Positions 62,829 through 64,000 of a stretch of 64,000 nt of DNA are shown here, piece after piece. The translations under genes and the position numbers were made by a program. Source of the DNA: Squalus acanthias (lineage: Eukaryota); assembly GCA_030390025.1 (NCBI GenBank), contig CM059431.1, positions 149,670,001-149,734,000 of the forward strand, written 5' to 3'. Each line of letters begins with the position of its first letter. Position 1 is the stretch's first letter. Under the pieces are notes generated by a model. The model saw only the letters and a program-made list of their open reading frames with translations, was not told where the DNA came from and did not search any database.

Positions 62829-64000
62829 CTATATAATACTACCCCCATTGGTGTGGCTGCTGAGTCCCTGTCCTGTCCTCTGGGTTCCTCGCAGCCTGAG
62901 GCCGCAGGCTTGTGAAACCCTCTTCTTAGAATGATCCCTGACTTTGCGTATCCCTTTTCGGGATGCGGCCCTTGCTGGGCTGAACCATTGATGTGCTGGT
63001 GGCCACGGTAGTTTTGGCTGTGGTGTGCGAGGAGACCTTCTCAGGACTCTGGCTACTGGGGGCTCGGCGTCCGAGTCCCACGTAATTGGTGGGGTAGCCC
63101 CTCCGGTGACACAAACCACTGCCCCTAACGGTGCGGTCTGTGAATCTGCCACAGTCGCTAGCTGTGGATCTCTACCTTTTGGGTGGTTCGTCCTTGCTGG
63201 CTGTTCCCCTTTGGGGTTAAAGAGCTTACACTGTATAATATGCAATCACTTCGTGTGGCGGGGCATTTTTATGGCGTAGAACATGGGGCTTGCCTTGTCG
63301 ACTATGCTGTAAGGACCCATGTACAGTGCTTCGAAACTCCATACCTGGGCAACATTTCTAACTATCACCTGATCCCCTATCTCCCAATCATGTTGCTTGC
63401 GGGGTTCTAGCAGCAGTCGGTTACTCCGATGCTGTTTTCCCATGTTGCTAGCAGCCTGCCAGTGAACCTGTTTAAGATGTTCAAACAGATTCCTGACGAA
63501 GCTGTCTCGGTTCACCTCTCAGCACCGGGGCTAGCACATGGGTGGGTACCACATAATACTACCAGTCATGAGCTGGTGTCGGGAATATTCCATGATTTTT
63601 GACTGGCTGGCTCGGATCCCCATTAGGACCAACGATAAGACTTCTACCCACTTCTTCGGTGAGTCTCCCGTTTCCTTCCATAGCCTTTTCTTAATGGTAT
63701 GGTTTAAATGCTCCACAGGACCCGATGACTGCGGGTTGTGGGCGATGTGTCATTTCCCTTCAATGCCGAATAACCTGAGCGTCTCTTGCAAGGCCTGCCC
63801 GGTTAAATGACTTCACTGGTCGGACTCCACATACTGCGGTAGTCCCCATCGTGAGAACACTTCCCTGAACAGGATCCTAGCCGTACCCAGTGCGGTAGCA
63901 GTACAGCATGGGAACGCTTCCACCCACATTGAGAACACATCCACCAGGACTAGGGAGTACTTAAAGCCTCCATGGGCGGTGGGTAGGGGCCCAATGTAAT
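62829..64000 (-). pseudogene. pol: Integrase core, GPY/F C-terminal domain and low-complexity tail of an LTR retroelement (lokiretrovirus-like pol end); continues beyond the window
   Basis: IGPLPTAHGGFKYSLVLVDVFSMWVEAFP..WGLPQYVESDQ..HIAHNPQSSGPVEHLNHTIK, then WEIGDQVIVR..YMGPYSIV. Confidence 0.88.

Overview
This is vertebrate genomic DNA with no host protein-coding gene. It is almost certainly from a cartilaginous fish (shark or ray), because it carries HE1-type tRNA/V-domain SINEs with CR1 (HER1-type) 3' tails. The window looks like a heterochromatic satellite and transposon graveyard. It holds five tandem-repeat families (42, ~101, 33, a second 33, and 32 bp), several CR1 LINEs, a Neptune-type Penelope element with two minimal hammerhead ribozymes, and a Harbinger-like MITE. 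The two most notable features are decayed retroviral fossils on the minus strand. (1) A two-LTR foamy-like endogenous retrovirus (29206-42125) has a tRNA-Lys1,2 PBS and foamy-type Gag, PR, RT, RNase H and IN. It lacks env and the RT catalytic core, and is interrupted by a full-length CR1 and a SINE. (2) A lokiretrovirus-like element (60039-64000, continuing beyond the window) has an env encoding a signal peptide, one or two apparent Ig-like domains, and a paramyxo/pneumovirus-F-like class I fusion protein. A 1.5-kb LTR family occurs twice in inverted orientation, once as a clean solo LTR with a 4-bp TSD. All family assignments come from motif recognition by eye, not database searches.
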